DNA from: Octopus sinensis
Taxonomy: Eukaryota
Reading direction: 5' to 3'
Assembly: GCF_006345805.1 (NCBI RefSeq)
Contig: NC_043008.1
Span: 20,832,001 to 20,896,000 of the forward strand
DNA length: 64,000 nucleotides
The notes under the pieces are model-generated. The model saw only the letters and a list, made by a program, of their open reading frames with translations, was not told the DNA's origin and made no database searches. This document shows positions 10,440 to 24,469 of the stretch, piece after piece. A program made the translations under genes and the position numbers. Positions within the stretch are counted from its first letter, which is position 1. The number at the start of each line of letters is the position of its first letter.

Positions 10440-12456
10440 GTAAAGGTTATGTAAATACTATGAGGTCTTTTTAAACCGGGAACGAATTAAATGCTTATTT
10501 TTTTTAGTTGGAAAATAATGTTTTCAATATGTTCGACTTTATCCTCCTTTCAAATTAGACAGTTCATAGGTTAATTACAAAAAGCTGTATTATATAAAAG
10601 CGTTGTGTGGGATTAGATATGTTTATCTCGAAGAAGTGTTTTTCGGTCAGTTTTGTTTTTTTTTTATTTTATACATCACTTTTTGAACAGTAAGTGCAAC
10701 TAATGACTTTCGTTAACAAAAAGCTACAAGAAGGTTAAACATCGAAATGCCTTCCCCCCAAACAAACAAGTTATTGTACTTAGTTAAATGAAGGCGTCAT
10801 TTGTTTTTAAAATGATGCAAGCTTGGTGTTCTGCAATATTTTTCGCATTATGCAATAAAAGAAAGTAATATTTCTCGGAGATGGCTAATGGAATGATATA
10901 AATGCCAAAAGAAAGGACAAAATTCTTATGATTAAGTATTTTTTTCCCTGGAATGATTCTGTCCAAATTCTATTGGATGATATTTTATCTTCATTTCCTC
11001 CTCTGAGGTTAATAGAGTAAATAGTGTGTTCTTGCTTCCGTTTATATCATTCAATCGATTATTGCAATCATTCAGGAATTTCTAGCATCTTGTCAATGTT
11101 CGCGACTAATTTTCTCTAAACGAAATCGAAAAAAAAAATTAACTAAATCGGTAGAAAATGAAAAACGTTTTAAAATAAATATTTTCGTAATTTCTTTTTC
11201 ACCCGCTGCCTATTAATATTAGGATAGTAATTAATTTGTAGAAAAGAAAAAAATATTTCTGTATTCGACCAAAATATTTTTTAAACTCATATTTCAGAAT
11301 TGCTGCCTGTTTATCGCAGAGCTCTTTCCGTATTTTTATGTTTTGCCTACAGAAATGTACAAGATCAAACTACATTAAATAGTTGGGTTTTTTTAATGAA
11401 AACAGAAAATAAAACATTAGGAAGTAATTATTTTTTCCCGGAAAAATTCATTTATCTTTTTTTCTATTTATATATCTTTAAGCGTTCCTAACATTGAATG
11501 ATAATAGAAGTTAGCGTAGACAAGCCGATACACTTTTAGACCAAATGCCTGTAGCTGTATTACGGCACATATCTTTAGTTGTACGGAATCATTGTTCTTT
11601 ATTCGTGGTAAACCTTTTAGCATTATTTCTCTCAGACAGTTAATTATGGACACAAACTGCACGGAATTATGCTTTGACGTTGTAAATTGTCATTCTAAAA
11701 CCGCTAGCTACATAATTAGTCTGGCGCTACTGATAATGGCTATCCCTTGGGTCTTTATATAAATGGGCCGTTTCTAAATTTATTTATTTATTATGACGCA
11801 TAATTCTATAACCCTTTATAAAAGGAGGAAGGGTAAAAACTGACCTCGGCAACATTTGAACTCAGAATGTAACGACAGACGAAATGCCACTAAGCACTTT
11901 ATAACATGTTTTTATAATGTCAAATTAATTTTCATTATAATGAATTAGGGAATGGATGGAGCATATTGAAGTTAATAGAAGTTAATTAACTTACTATCTG
12001 CGGGTCTGATTATAGCACATAAGATTAACGGTCAAGATTGATCGAGGGAAATTCCGTGCCTTGCAAATTTTCATTTTTTTGGTTTGGTGCATAAATTTAT
12101 AGTTTTTTTTGTTTTTGTTTTTGTTTTTCATAACCTTGAACCTTGATCCGTTGGCTATGAGGGCAATGAGCTTCAGAATGGAATCAGGTTATTAAAAAAA
12201 TTGGAGCAAACATTTGGAGTAATTAAACACACTGCTCTGGACCTCAGAGCAATAGCTACGAAATGGAAGGATACTTATCTTAGTGTAGGCGTCGTGGCTA
12301 TTTGAAATTACGAGGACGCCAACTTTGCTTTTCATGTTTCTGGAGATAGGCAAAACATGTACATGAGGAAACAACGCTCATAGGCAAGTCAAGAGGAAAC
12401 TGAGAGAAGGCTACAAAAAGACGAACACACTATAAGATTTCATGATGTTATTGAAG

Positions 12457-12690
12457 AAGGCAGCGAGCTAGCAGAATCGTTAGCACGCCGGGCGAAATGC
12501 TGAGCGGTATTTCGTCTGTCGCTACGTCCTGAGTTCAAATTCCGCCGAGGTCGACTTTGCCTTTCATCCTTTCGGGGTCGATAAATTAAGTACCAGTTAC
12601 GCACTGGGGTCGATGTAATTGACTTAATACCTATGTCTGTCCTTGTTTGTCCTCTCTGTGTTTAGCCCCTTGTGGGTAGTAAAGAAATAG
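12457..12690 (+). mobile_element. SINE family B with TSD
   Basis: Full copy; TATTGAAGAA repeated at both junctions. Confidence 0.9.
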
Positions 12691-13310
12691 GTATTGAAGA
12701 AGAACAAGCTAGGATAAGGGAAGAGGGTGAGCAAACAACGTTAATAATGGCAGTGAGAAGCAAAAATCAAGAAATAGAAATATTACTTTTTTACAAAATG
12801 AAGCTGAAGAAGAAAATGGAGAAGTCTGATAGAAATGAGACACAGAGCAGCTTAAGGAATATCAATAAATTCGACTGTTTCTTAAACAATAAATCATTAG
12901 AGTTGGCCACAAATTTATGTATACGTGTGGCAAGAAAATTTGTTCTTTATTAAGTAATATATTACAAGACTAACACTGTAATTAGATGGACATATGCCAA
13001 GTTATAAAAACAATTTTCATGAAATTTAATGAATAGCGAATAGTCAAAAAAAAAATTAACCTTCCGTAAAATTTAATAAGTATTATAAAAACTAGGAAAC
13101 TAATTACCAGCCTAATAGGCGATAGCAGAAAAATATATAAAAAAAAGGATAAATGTCAGATTTTAACAGATAATCATTTACCTAATTGATGTTGAAATTA
13201 TCCGAACATCTACGTATTTCTCTATATTTATACGAACGGATAATTGTATATATAAACACGCTATATATGTAGATATGTTTGTGAATATATTTACATATAG
13301 TATATAAAGC

Positions 13311-13384
<74 letters not shown>

Positions 13385-13804
13385 TAAGCATTCATTTATA
13401 CATACAGACTTGTGTAGAAATATTTTCCAATGTCGGACTCAGTCTCAAAGCCATAGACTGACACAATCGTGTGTGTGTCCGTGTGTTTGTATGTGTGTGT
13501 ATAAGTGTGTGTGCTTACACAGATACACACATAGACTGACTAACACACACACAAACACACAATCATACACACGCAGTCACACATACACACATATATGTAT
13601 GTATGTATGTATCTATCTATCTATATATATATACATATATATATATATATCTGTATGTACATGTGCTTGTGCATATATATGTATATACACATATATATCC
13701 ATACTATATGTGCCAATGCGTGTGCGCGTGTACGCGTACTAACATATACATAAATACATACGCACAGAAACACAAACGCACACATACATACATACATACA
13801 TACA

Positions 13805-13840
<36 letters not shown>

Positions 13841-14955
13841 TATATATACATACATATATATATATATATATATGTGTGTATATCAGTAAGTTACAGACGA
13901 AATTTCTGGAGCAAAATATAGAGAATATAATCCAGTATTAATATAATATAATCCTTTGAGGAACAGTCAAACACGAAACAGATAAAGTTATAAAAAGAAA
14001 TAGCGTGTGAATAATGGCTGTAAAAATTCCTTTAGATAGAATATGTTGAATGGTGGTTTGAGGATGAAATCTTAAAGTGTTCGTTTCAAAAAATAAGCAG
14101 TTTTCTTGAAACAGATGTAGACAATTAGTACAGATTTCTATGTTATTCTATAAGTGACACGTAAAAACAAAACTACTTGCAAAGTCTGTTCCAGGCTGAT
14201 CAAATGTGTGATTATCACAGATTCTTTGACGTTAAATATATATGTGTGTGAGTGTGTGTGCGTGTGTGTGTGCGCGTGTGTATGTGTATGTATGCCTGCG
14301 TGCGAGTGCGTGTGTTTCCGTGTGAGGATGCCAGTGACTTTGTGGTTAAGGTGTTGGACGCACGATCGTAGGAGTGTGCTTTCGATTCCTGGAAAGGCCT
14401 ACGTGTTGTGTTTTTCAACCAGCGGGTTATTGATGCAACTCTTTATAAACATAGTAGAGGTTCGTCCCCACAGCTAGCGATTTATAGTATATTAAGGGTG
14501 CAGATCCTTACCCCTATAACCACCTGGTGGAGAATCTGCCTAGTGTTAAACTACTAGTAATATTCAACTGTCACTTTGATGTTGCGACTTGCTTTACTGT
14601 TTAGTATACGTTACTACTCCATCTCTTCTTCAGATTATATAACTAGTTATTTTGCTTGTTACAAATCAGTGACCAACGGTCACTTTGTTTACAATATATC
14701 GTTAGCAGAAGCAGATCTTAGCTATTACACTAGTGTGCAGGTGCTCGCAGCTGAGCATGACCCAAATAGGTCGAAACTTGAATCAGTCCCGCGATCTTGT
14801 CACCTGCTGGAAGATAGTAGGAGTTCGCTCCTCCTACAAGCGATATATCGTATATAAAGTGTGCAAAGCGTCACACCGATAACCAGCTGGTGAAAACTCT
14901 GCCTGGGGGGTTCACTAGCAGTAACGTTCAACTGCCATTTGGACGTGGCGACTCA

Positions 14956-15660
14956 CACAGCACCATACCTATCTTGCAGACCATAGATCAACAAGTGATT
15001 TCTAATTTTAAAAAATTGTACACCAAACATCTGTTTCGTCGGTGCTTTAAAGTTACCGAATATACAAATTTAACGCTTAGTGAGTTCTGAAAAGATTACT
15101 ACAACATTGTTCACTCTTGAAAATCATCACTGTGGCCTGGCACTCACAGGAGCTGACGACAGATGAATTCCTGCAGTTTCAGGAGCAGCATTCGGATGCG
15201 GTGGAAGTGAGGGAGCAGTGTAGCGGAGAAGGCTATCTCTACGGGTGATGTAAAGGCAGTGTTGGTAAAATGGTAGTATGTTTCTGAATTAAGGCGGCGA
15301 GCTGGCAGAAACGTTAGCACGTCGCGCGAAATGCTTAGCGGTATTTCGTCTGCCGTTACGTTCCGAGTTCAAATTTCGCTGGGGTCGACTTTGCCTTTCA
15401 TCCTTTCGGGGTCGATTAAATAAGTACCAGTTACGTACTGGGCTCGATGTAATCGACTAAATCCGTTTCTCTGTCCTTGTTTGTCCTCTCTGTGTTTGGC
15501 CCCTGGTGGGTAGTAAAGAAATAAGTATGTTTCTGAATTCGTAGAAAAAAATCATTCTAAAAACATATCAATTGGCCGTGCAGCTGGTTTATTTAACGAC
15601 TGCTTTGACGCATTTGAAAGGCAGGAAAAAGCAGACTTCTCTTGATACGTCTCTAATGCA
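14956..15660 (+). mobile_element. Tigger/pogo transposase C-terminal remnant, split by a SINE
   Basis: STIPILQTIDQQVISNFKKLYTKHLFRRCF (DDE_1-like), ELTTDEFLQFQEQH, ISTGDVKAVLVKW, FVEKNH, GRKKQTSLD. Confidence 0.85.
15291..15523 (+). mobile_element. SINE family B with perfect 16-bp TSD
   Basis: AGTATGTTTCTGAATT at 15275-15290 and 15524-15539. Confidence 0.95.
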
Positions 15661-16741
15661 ATAAGCACCAAGTGTGAAAAGAGAAGACAGTGTCCAGAAA
15701 GCCTAGATTAAGCGAAATGAGATAGAAAATGCCAGAAATTGTTTTTCCTGAAGTTTTAATGTTAGAAGATTCTCCTTCCAAACTATAATCCTCCGTCTTC
15801 TCTCTCCATCATCTTCCTCACGTACAAATCGCCCCATCTTTGATGTAATTAAATTGATAAAACCAGTTTATATATATTTTTTTGCATCCTCTTTCATTGT
15901 TTTTATAATTGTCATTTTCCTTGTAACTGCACCTTTTCTGTTTCAAAACCCATAAAAAATGATTTGGGGGTTGTTTTATTGTGGAGCTGGAACGGATTAA
16001 TTATATTTTAATTAATTTCAATGGGGAAATTAGATTTGCAAAGCGAGGAAATCGTAAGACGAGCTCCATCATGGAAAGAATTAAACTTGTACTGCGATGT
16101 ATCACTGTATGTATGCATGCGTTTGTGTGTGTGTGTGTGGTGTGTGTGTGTGTGTGTGTGTGCGTGTGTGTGCGTGTGTGTGCGTGTGTGTGCGTGTGTG
16201 TGTGTACACGCACACACGTTAAATATGAAGTAGTATCAACCAATAAGAAAACAAATTTAGATGCTAACAAAGCATTTGATACGCATGGAGCTTTAACGAA
16301 AATTTTGTATATTACATCCACATATAGTAGCGATGCTTGGGAATTTATTTGATATATTATTATGTGTGTGAGTATTTCAAATTTATCTTCGTTGGTGATA
16401 AGAAAGTTTTCAGTAAGATTTAATCTAATAAATTAGTAATCATATTTCTACAGGGGAATGCTTGCTCAAAAGTTTTTCTAACGACTATGATTATGTTATT
16501 GAACGCTAAACAATTTGTGACTAGATACAGTCAGCTTTGTTCAGGGATTTAAAATAGATTTTTCTTTGCATGTTAATTGTAAAATAAGATACAGATCTAT
16601 GATAATTGTCTCCAATTGTGTTTCATAAAAGTGTTCTTTTTTTTAGGTTATTATTGTTATTTACTCACTGTATTTTATCTATAAATTTTCATTGGAAATT
16701 ACTTGTATACCTTTTTGCTGTTACACTTGATTATACAAACC

Positions 16742-16788
<47 letters not shown>

Positions 16789-16805
16789 TGTGTGTGTGTG
16801 TGTGT

Positions 16806-16849
<44 letters not shown>

Positions 16850-16915
16850 CTGTTATATTTCATATACTTTACTTTTAAAGACCAGATGTGTTACTCCACC
16901 ACATTAACATGGTGA

Positions 16916-16956
<41 letters not shown>

Positions 16957-16999
16957 TAGGTAAAACAACGCCAGCATTGAAAGCTAATTCATATCTACC

Positions 17000-17195
17000 A
17001 ATCCGGCACCAAGCTGTCAGAATCCTTACTGCGCCGGGTAAAATTCTTAAAAGCATTTCGTCCACACTTACGTTCTGAGTTCAAATTCCGCCGAGGTCGA
17101 CTTGACCTTTCATACTTTCGGGGTCGATAAAATAAGTACCTGTTGAACCCTAGGATCCATATAATTGACTTACCCCTCCTGCAAAATTGCTAGCT
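17000..17195 (+). mobile_element. SINE family B, decayed
   Basis: TTCTGAGTTCAAATTCCGCCGAGGTCGAC...GGGGTCGATAAAATAAGTACC. Confidence 0.75.
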
Positions 17196-17304
17196 TTTAA
17201 AATCAATTTGTATCATTACAGAATAATGTTGTATTTTCCCCAGTTTTTTTTTATAGCTTTGTACGTTTTTTGCTATTATTTTATGATAATTATTTGCGTT
17301 GGCT

Positions 17305-17526
17305 ATGGGTCCTGAAAAGGTTAGTGCAAACAACAGTGCTGAGAAGAAGAAAAAACTGCGATAGAATTGAAAAAGGAAATCATTGATAAACATAATAGAG
17401 GGGAGCGTGAAGTGGACATAGTACGTCAATACGACCGAAGTACGTCGACGAGCTGCAACATCCTGAAGAAGATGGACGAAGTCAAGGCCGTTACAACAGC
17501 AAAGGATGTCTTCAGGCTCTCCAAGA
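17305..17526 (+). mobile_element. Tigger/pogo transposase N-terminal (CENP-B/psq HTH) remnant
   Basis: MGPEKVSANNS...LKKEIIDKHNRGEREVDIVRQYDRSTSTSCNILK. Confidence 0.8.
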
Positions 17527-17597
17527 ATAATATACACATCTCCTCGAAACAAAATAAATTTATAATTCTTAGTATTTGATGTGATCCACTGATCTAC

Positions 17598-17775
17598 TCA
17601 TTTGACTGTGGCCATGCTGGAGCACCGCATTTAGTCAAGCAAATCGACACCAGGATTTATTCTTTGTAAGCCTAGTACTTATTCTATCGGTCTCTTTTGC
17701 CGAAGCGCTACGTTACGGGGGCGTAGGCACCAGCATCGGTTGTCAAGTGATGTTGGTGGGACAAACACAGACGCA

Positions 17776-17824
<49 letters not shown>

Positions 17825-17976
17825 TATATATATATATATATACATATATACGACGGGCTTCTTTCAGTTTCCGTCTACCAAATCCACTCACAAGGTTTTG
17901 GTCGGCCCGAGGCTATAGTAGAAGACAGTTGCCCAAGGTGCCAAGCAAGCTACTTACCACACAGCCACTCCTGCGC
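17598..17976 (-). mobile_element. SINE family C (internal microsatellite, LINE-like tail)
   Basis: Head GCGCAGGAGTGGCTGTGTGG, internal (TA)n(TG)n, tail GCGGTGCTCCAGCATGGCC. Confidence 0.9.
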
Positions 17977-18369
17977 TGTACGCAGTTGTTATATAATACC
18001 CATAATTACGCTGACTCGAAACTAGATATCACTCTTCAACCCTTCATAACCATTCTCCCATATGTCTGAGCTGTGTCTGGGTTTAGAAACCGCTTGTGTA
18101 TCTTAACGAAATTACATTTTTCTTACTTCAAAACTTCTTTACATCGAAAGCAATTCCCCCTAGTACTGATTTTTGAATTCCATGTTGAGAATTATTCTAG
18201 CGCCTGACTAACACATTTTCACAATGTATTCCAAATGTTGCATAAAACTGGTCATGTAACTTTCCTCTAGCGTCCTCGTGTCAATTCTTTTAATTACCAT
18301 CATTAATATTAATTAATTCCGTCATCTTCATAACATTGATATCAATCAATATGAACATAATCTCACCGA

Positions 18370-18444
18370 TAATAACTATTACTACAATAGCAATACTACT
18401 ACTACTACTACTAATACTACTACTACTATACTACTACTACTACT

Positions 18445-18490
<46 letters not shown>

Positions 18491-18625
18491 TTAACAATAA
18501 TAATAATAATATTATTAATAATAGTAGTAGTAGTAGTAGTAGTAGTACTACTACTACTACTATTACTACTACACACACACACACATACAAACACAGAACC
18601 ACACGTGTGCATACACACACACACG

Positions 18626-18688
<63 letters not shown>

Positions 18689-18844
18689 AATTGTATATAT
18701 GTATGTATGTATAATTGTATATATGTATGTATGCATGTATAATTGTATATATATATGTATGTATGTATAATTGTATATATGTATGTATGCATGTATAATT
18801 GTATATATATATGTATGTATGTATTATGTATGTATGTATAGTTG

Positions 18845-18875
<31 letters not shown>

Positions 18876-18880
18876 AAACA
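18370..18880. repeat. compound (ACT)n/(AAT)n/(CA)n/(TATG)n microsatellite
   Basis: Direct inspection. Confidence 0.95.
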
Positions 18881-19319
18881 CACAGACATATAACTATGAA
18901 AAGGCATATTTACATATTTATATAATACAATATTTTTATTGCATTAAGCGCTCTATGTTTTGCTTGGATGTAAATATTTGTGTTTAGATAATATGTGTGT
19001 ATACGGACAATGCAATCATTATCTCATCGTCACGTAATTTGAACATTCACCAAATGTTTGCAAACAATATTAATATTTTATACATAGACGGGGCCTCTTC
19101 GTCGCGAGACGAAGATATTATCACTTGGTTTATTCGGAGAGTGTAAAGTCTGGATATATAGACGAAAATACATATTTTCAATAATTTTATTCACTTACAA
19201 AAATTAATAACATTTTTAACATGGTTTCCACCATTAATGAGGCAAAGTTCGATGCGCTTTGCTGGATTTACATGAATCCGATTCAGTAATTCGACATTTC
19301 CGTCAATTTGAAGAGATTA

Positions 19320-19572
19320 ATTCATATATATACAAAGTCAGAAAACAACACAGCTCCCATGACTTTCGGAAACATTTTTTCACGCACAGAGTTGCTGAAG
19401 CATGGAATAAACTGCCTGCGTCAGTTGTTGACTGCCATGACACCCGCATCCTTTAAGGCCCTCATGCTTTCCGAAATCCGTCGAAACTACACCTGATTAT
19501 ATATACACTTTAGATGAGTTGCAGTGCACCTGAGCACTGTACACAATTATTATTATTATTATTATTATTATA
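19320..19572 (+). mobile_element. CR1-type LINE 3' end
   Basis: FRKHFFTHRVAEAWNKLPASVV then SFKALM; 3' UTR ending in (ATT)n. Confidence 0.85.
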
Positions 19573-19867
19573 ATTCGTTCCTTCAGTTTATTCATATCTG
19601 TGATTTTCACTAAAGTACAGCTTCTCTTTCAGTTTACCCGAGTAAAAGAAATCAAGAGTACTATTATCTGGAGAGTGAGGGGCCCATTTCACACGGCCAG
19701 GTCTCCCAATCCAGTGAGAGTAATAGTCATTGAGCTATTCTCTTTTTGACTATTCCGAAGAGCTGCAAACTTCAATCATAAAATATAGAATCAAGCGACT
19801 AAAATCTGCGTCCCCAAATTCCTTGCCTTTTTTTAAAATTCGGAATCATTATTATTACTGTCATACA

Positions 19868-20280
19868 AAGCGGCGAGCTGGCAGAGACGTTAGCATGTCG
19901 GGCGAAATGCGTAGCGGTATTTCGTCAGCCGCTGCGTTCTGGGTTCAAATTCCGCTGAGGTCGACTTTGTTTTTATCCTTTCGGGGCCGAGGAATTAAGT
20001 ACCAGTTACGCATTGGGGTCGATGTAATTGACTTAATCTGTTTGTCTGTCCTTGTTTGTTGTCTCTGTGTTTAGCCCCTTGTGGGTAGTAAAGAAATGAG
20101 TATTTCGTCTGCCGTTACGTTCGGAGTTCAAATTCCGTCGAGGTCGACTTTCCCTTTCATATTTTCGGGATGGATAAATAAAGTACCAGTTACGCAATGA
20201 GGTCGATGTAATCGACTTAATCCGTTTGTCTGTCCTTGTTTGTCCCCTCTATGTTTAGCCCCTTGTGGGCAATAAAGAAA
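19868..20280 (+). mobile_element. SINE family B head-plus-two-bodies dimer
   Basis: Second unit starts at GTATTTCGTCTGCCGTTACG directly after AAAGAAAT. Confidence 0.9.
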
Positions 20281-20750
20281 CAAGAATCGTTGACACGCTG
20301 CGCAAAATGCTTAGCGGTATTTTGTCTGCAGCTACGTACTAAGTTCAATTCCGCCGTGGTTGACTTTGCCTTTCATCCTTTCGGGGTCGATAAATCAAGT
20401 ATCAGTGAAACAGCGGAGTCGATGTAATCGACTACTCCCTTCCCCACAAATTCCAAGGCACTGTGCCTTCCGTAGAAAGAATTATTATTACTGTTATTAT
20501 CAGAATAAAATTCATTGGAATATTATTATCAGGTCAACGGCGATAAGCTGTCAGAATCCTTAGCAGGCCGGATAAAACGCTTGACGGCATTTCGTCCGCC
20601 TTTACATTCTGAGTTCAAATTCGGAAGAGTTTTACTTTGCCTTTCGTTCTTTCAATCTCGATAAATTAAGTTCCAGTTGAGCGCTAGGGTCAATATCATC
20701 GACTTGAATCCTTCCTCGAAACTACTGACCTTGTGCAAAATTTGAAACTG
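20281..20750 (+). mobile_element. two further decayed family B copies
   Basis: Recognisable AATGCTTAGCGGTATTT and CATCCTTTCGGGGTCGATAAA blocks. Confidence 0.7.
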
Positions 20751-20964
20751 ACATCAATATCTGGCTAGTAATTGTGGTACAGATGGTAAGGCGCTGAGTA
20801 ATAATTAACTTCGTTATTTAGTTACTAAGTCTGGCTAATTAACTTCGACATTGCATCTGATCCTACCGTTGGTCTGCGGGAAGTATCTACTATATCTAGC
20901 TCATTAGACTACAGCATTTTCGATATATTGTGACAGCACAAATGATACATTAGAAATTTATATA

Positions 20965-21153
20965 GGCGCAGGAATGGCTGTATGGTGAGTAGCTTGCTTA
21001 CCAACCATATGGTTCCGGGTTCAGTCCCACTGCGTGGCACCTTGTGCAACTGTCTTCACTGTAGCTTCAGGCCGACCAAAGCCTTGTGAGTGAATTTGGT
21101 AGACGGAAACTGAAAGAAGCCCGTCGTATATATGTATATATGTATTTATATAC

Positions 21154-21185
<32 letters not shown>

Positions 21186-21410
21186 CTGTGTGTGTGTGTG
21201 TGTGTGTTTGTGTGCCTGTGTTTGTCCCCCCAGCATCGCTTGACAATCGATGCTGGTGTGTTTACGTCCCCGTCATTTAGCGGTTCGGCAAAAGTGACCG
21301 ATAGAATTAGTACTAGGCTTGCAAAGAATAAGTCCTGGGGTCCATTTGCTCAACTAAAGGCGGTGCTCCGGCATGGCCACAGTCAAATGCCTGAAACAAG
21401 TAAAAAAAAG
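20965..21410 (+). mobile_element. SINE family C, full length
   Basis: Head, internal microsatellite and tail present. Confidence 0.9.
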
Positions 21411-21462
21411 TAAGGGTCAAGGGGCCAGCAACTGACCAAACTACACGAAGATTCTGGTAGAA

Positions 21463-21845
21463 TGGAAGCACTCCGTCGGTTACGACGACGAGGGTTTCGC
21501 TTGATCCGAATCAACGGAACAGCCTGCTCGTGAAATTAACGTGTAAGTGGCTCAGCACTCCACAGACACGTGTACCCTTAACGTAGTTCTTGGGGATATT
21601 CAGCGTGACACAGAGAGTAACAAGGCCGGCCCTTTGAAGTACAGGTACAACAGAAACAGGAAGTAAGAGTGAGGGAAAGTTGTGGTGAAAGAGCACAGCA
21701 GGGATCACCACCATCCCCTGCCGGAGCCTCGTGGAGCTTTAGGTGTTTTCGCTCAATAAACACTCACAACGCCCGGTCTGGGAATCGAAACCGCGATCCT
21801 ATGACCGCGAGTCCGCTGCCCTAACCACTGGGCCATTGCGCCTCC
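21463..21845 (-). mobile_element. SINE family A, tail type ii
   Basis: Family A head/body with ...ACCGACGGAGTGCTTCCA tail. Confidence 0.9.
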
Positions 21846-22510
21846 ACTTTGATCATAATAGGCAAGCAACATACATCCACAATCTGGCATTTTAACTACA
21901 AGACAATATGGACGAAGTTCTCGATATGATATTGCTAAGTTTCATGTAAATTCTAACCAATCAGATCTGTGACCACAGGAGTTTTTCTCATGCAAACCAT
22001 GTCTTATCTGTATCGTCTAACTTGTTAATGTACTCTTTACTTTCTTTAGAGAGTATGGGCTCCCATTTGAGGGAGATTAGGTCGTAATTTCGAGCATATT
22101 CGCCGATTATGCAAAATCTCCCATGTGGAGTCGTCATAATATTCTCATAAATGTTTTACAGTTACGTAAAACATCATTTGGAGAAATTAGTAATATTTGT
22201 CGTGAAAAAGAGAAAAGAAAAGAAATAAACGGAGCAGAATCGATATTGCTAATAACACATCCAAAATATTCCTATTAATCCACCCACAAAAGAAAAAATT
22301 CAAAAATCGGAAATAACACATAAAGAAAACAAAAAAACATATCTGCAGTAATCATAACGAAAATTAAAATTCCAAACAAAACAAATTAGATAATATTTGC
22401 AATCTAAACAAATATTACGAGGAGAAAATGTATTAGTTTAAAATAAAATTAAATAAAAATGAACATGATTCTATAATTTTCTCTCATTCCCACCGCACTT
22501 CTTTCTCCTC

Positions 22511-22551
<41 letters not shown>

Positions 22552-22785
22552 GCTTAATACAATGGCTCTTAGTCAATTTGAAATACATTTAGGAGCATAT
22601 GTTCCGAATATTATAGGGTTACATTTGACTAAAATTAGTTTTGTGAGATGCCATGACTTATATATGTTGATGTGTCTTGGGGGAGTCATTGCGACAATAT
22701 TAAAGATAACGCATGCAAGGTTTCGATTCCATTTCTTTATTGTTAGTCAAATGGCTAAACATCTCATCAACTAATTAATCGATCG

Positions 22786-22980
22786 TTAGTTTAATGTGTT
22801 AGTTAGACAAGCAACGGCTTGTTTGTTTATTATTCAAAGATGTTTCGTTGCTGTTCGAGACATGTTCAATGACTTCACGATCTCCGAGATCTCCTTTGCA
22901 TCATTCTGAGAATTGGTCCGATGCCTGACATACATAACAAACAAACGACCGATTGATTTTTCTAACTAACATTAAACAAA
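22786..22980. repeat. imperfect inverted repeat (old MITE?)
   Basis: GTTTAATGTGTTAGTTAGA...TTGTTTGTTTAT vs ATAACAAACAAAC...TCTAACTAACATTAAAC. Confidence 0.5.
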
Positions 22981-23146
22981 CAACCGGTTAGTTTGCTGAT
23001 TAACCAATTGACTGATAATAAAGGAATGCAATTGAACCTCTGCATATGTTATTATTATTTTTGGTTCAATGTTTCTCCCAAAATTCAACAAAATTTGTTT
23101 CAACACTCAAATTTACATTAAGAATCATGCAAGCCAAATACAAATA

Positions 23147-23219
<73 letters not shown>

Positions 23220-23222
23220 TGA

Positions 23223-23257
<35 letters not shown>

Positions 23258-23541
23258 CGAACTTGTTGAGAATGCACCTATACTTGAAAAACTTGTAATT
23301 GCTTAAAATAAATTTATTTACACATATACCAATCTATTTCAACAATATTTCTTTTTTGTTTATCACTGGTAAACATTTAGAATTATGAATTCGAAAAACG
23401 TCTTTAAAAGTTTCAATATTGACAAATTTTGATGTTCATAATAGACAAATTTAGAATTATGAATTAGAAAAAACATGTTCAAAAATTTCGATGTTGAAAA
23501 GTTTAAATGTTCATATAAATATATGTGTGTGTGTGTGTGTG

Positions 23542-23597
<56 letters not shown>

Positions 23598-23599
23598 CA

Positions 23600-24044
23600 A
23601 TGGGATGGATAATATCTGAAAGCAGCTCCAGGTGATGTGAAGAACGAATTTGTACATGGGCTGTTTCTGAGAGATGTTCTATTGTACCTCTGTGTAATCT
23701 GGCCCTACTTAACGTTGTTTTAATGATTCACCATTAAGTGTTGCAGCATGCCTTTACAGATCTTGAGAAAGTCTGACCCCCATTCTGTCTTGGAACTCAA
23801 TCAGACTTGCTGCAGTATCCTTTTGCCTATGTTGAGAAAGTCTCCTCTTCCTTCTCTCTTGATACTGTATTTGACGTACTGCAGCATGCGTCTGGAGATC
23901 TTTGGAAGGTGTCAAGTCCTTTCTGTATTGAGACTCCACCTGACGTGCTGCCCTATGCCTTTGCTGATGTTGAGAAAGTCTCATGTGTTTTATGTCTTGA
24001 AACTCTCGCCATCGGTTTTTTGCTCTCCTTCTTGCTTTACACAT
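23600..24044 (-). pseudogene. degenerate 23-aa (69-bp) STPR-like repeats, probable Helitron Rep N-terminus
   Basis: RLSQH-[23]-TPSKD-[23]-RLSQH-[23]-RLSQD periodicity, then frameshifted AAFRYYP. Confidence 0.55.
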
Positions 24045-24174
24045 GTTTCTGGAGTGATTACGTTTTTTTCTTTGGTGGCATACTTTTTCAATATTTTATA
24101 CAAAAAATTATGACCATTAAACAAAAATATACATTAATCTCTATTTTTGTAAGCAGTTGTATATAGTATTCTTC

Positions 24175-24368
24175 TATTCTCTTATTTGTTTCAGTCATTT
24201 GACTGCGGCCATGCGGGAGCACCGCCTTTAGTCGAACAAATCGACCCCAGGACTTATTATTTGTAAGCCTAGTACTTATTCTATCGGTCTCTTTTTGCCG
24301 AACCGCTAAGTTACGGGGACGTGAACACACCAGCATCGGTTGTCCAGCCATGTTGGGGGACAAACACA
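24175..24368 (-). mobile_element. SINE family C, 3' half
   Basis: Tail and body match. Confidence 0.85.
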
Positions 24369-24469
24369 AACACACAAACATACGTACACACACACACATA
24401 TACACACACACACATACACACACACACACATACACACACACAAACACACATATGTATATATATATATAT

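Noticed and set aside
14751-14785. CTGAGCA-T-GACC/GGTC-GAAAC
   Set aside because: C3/C8 mismatch, and no helix III or helix I
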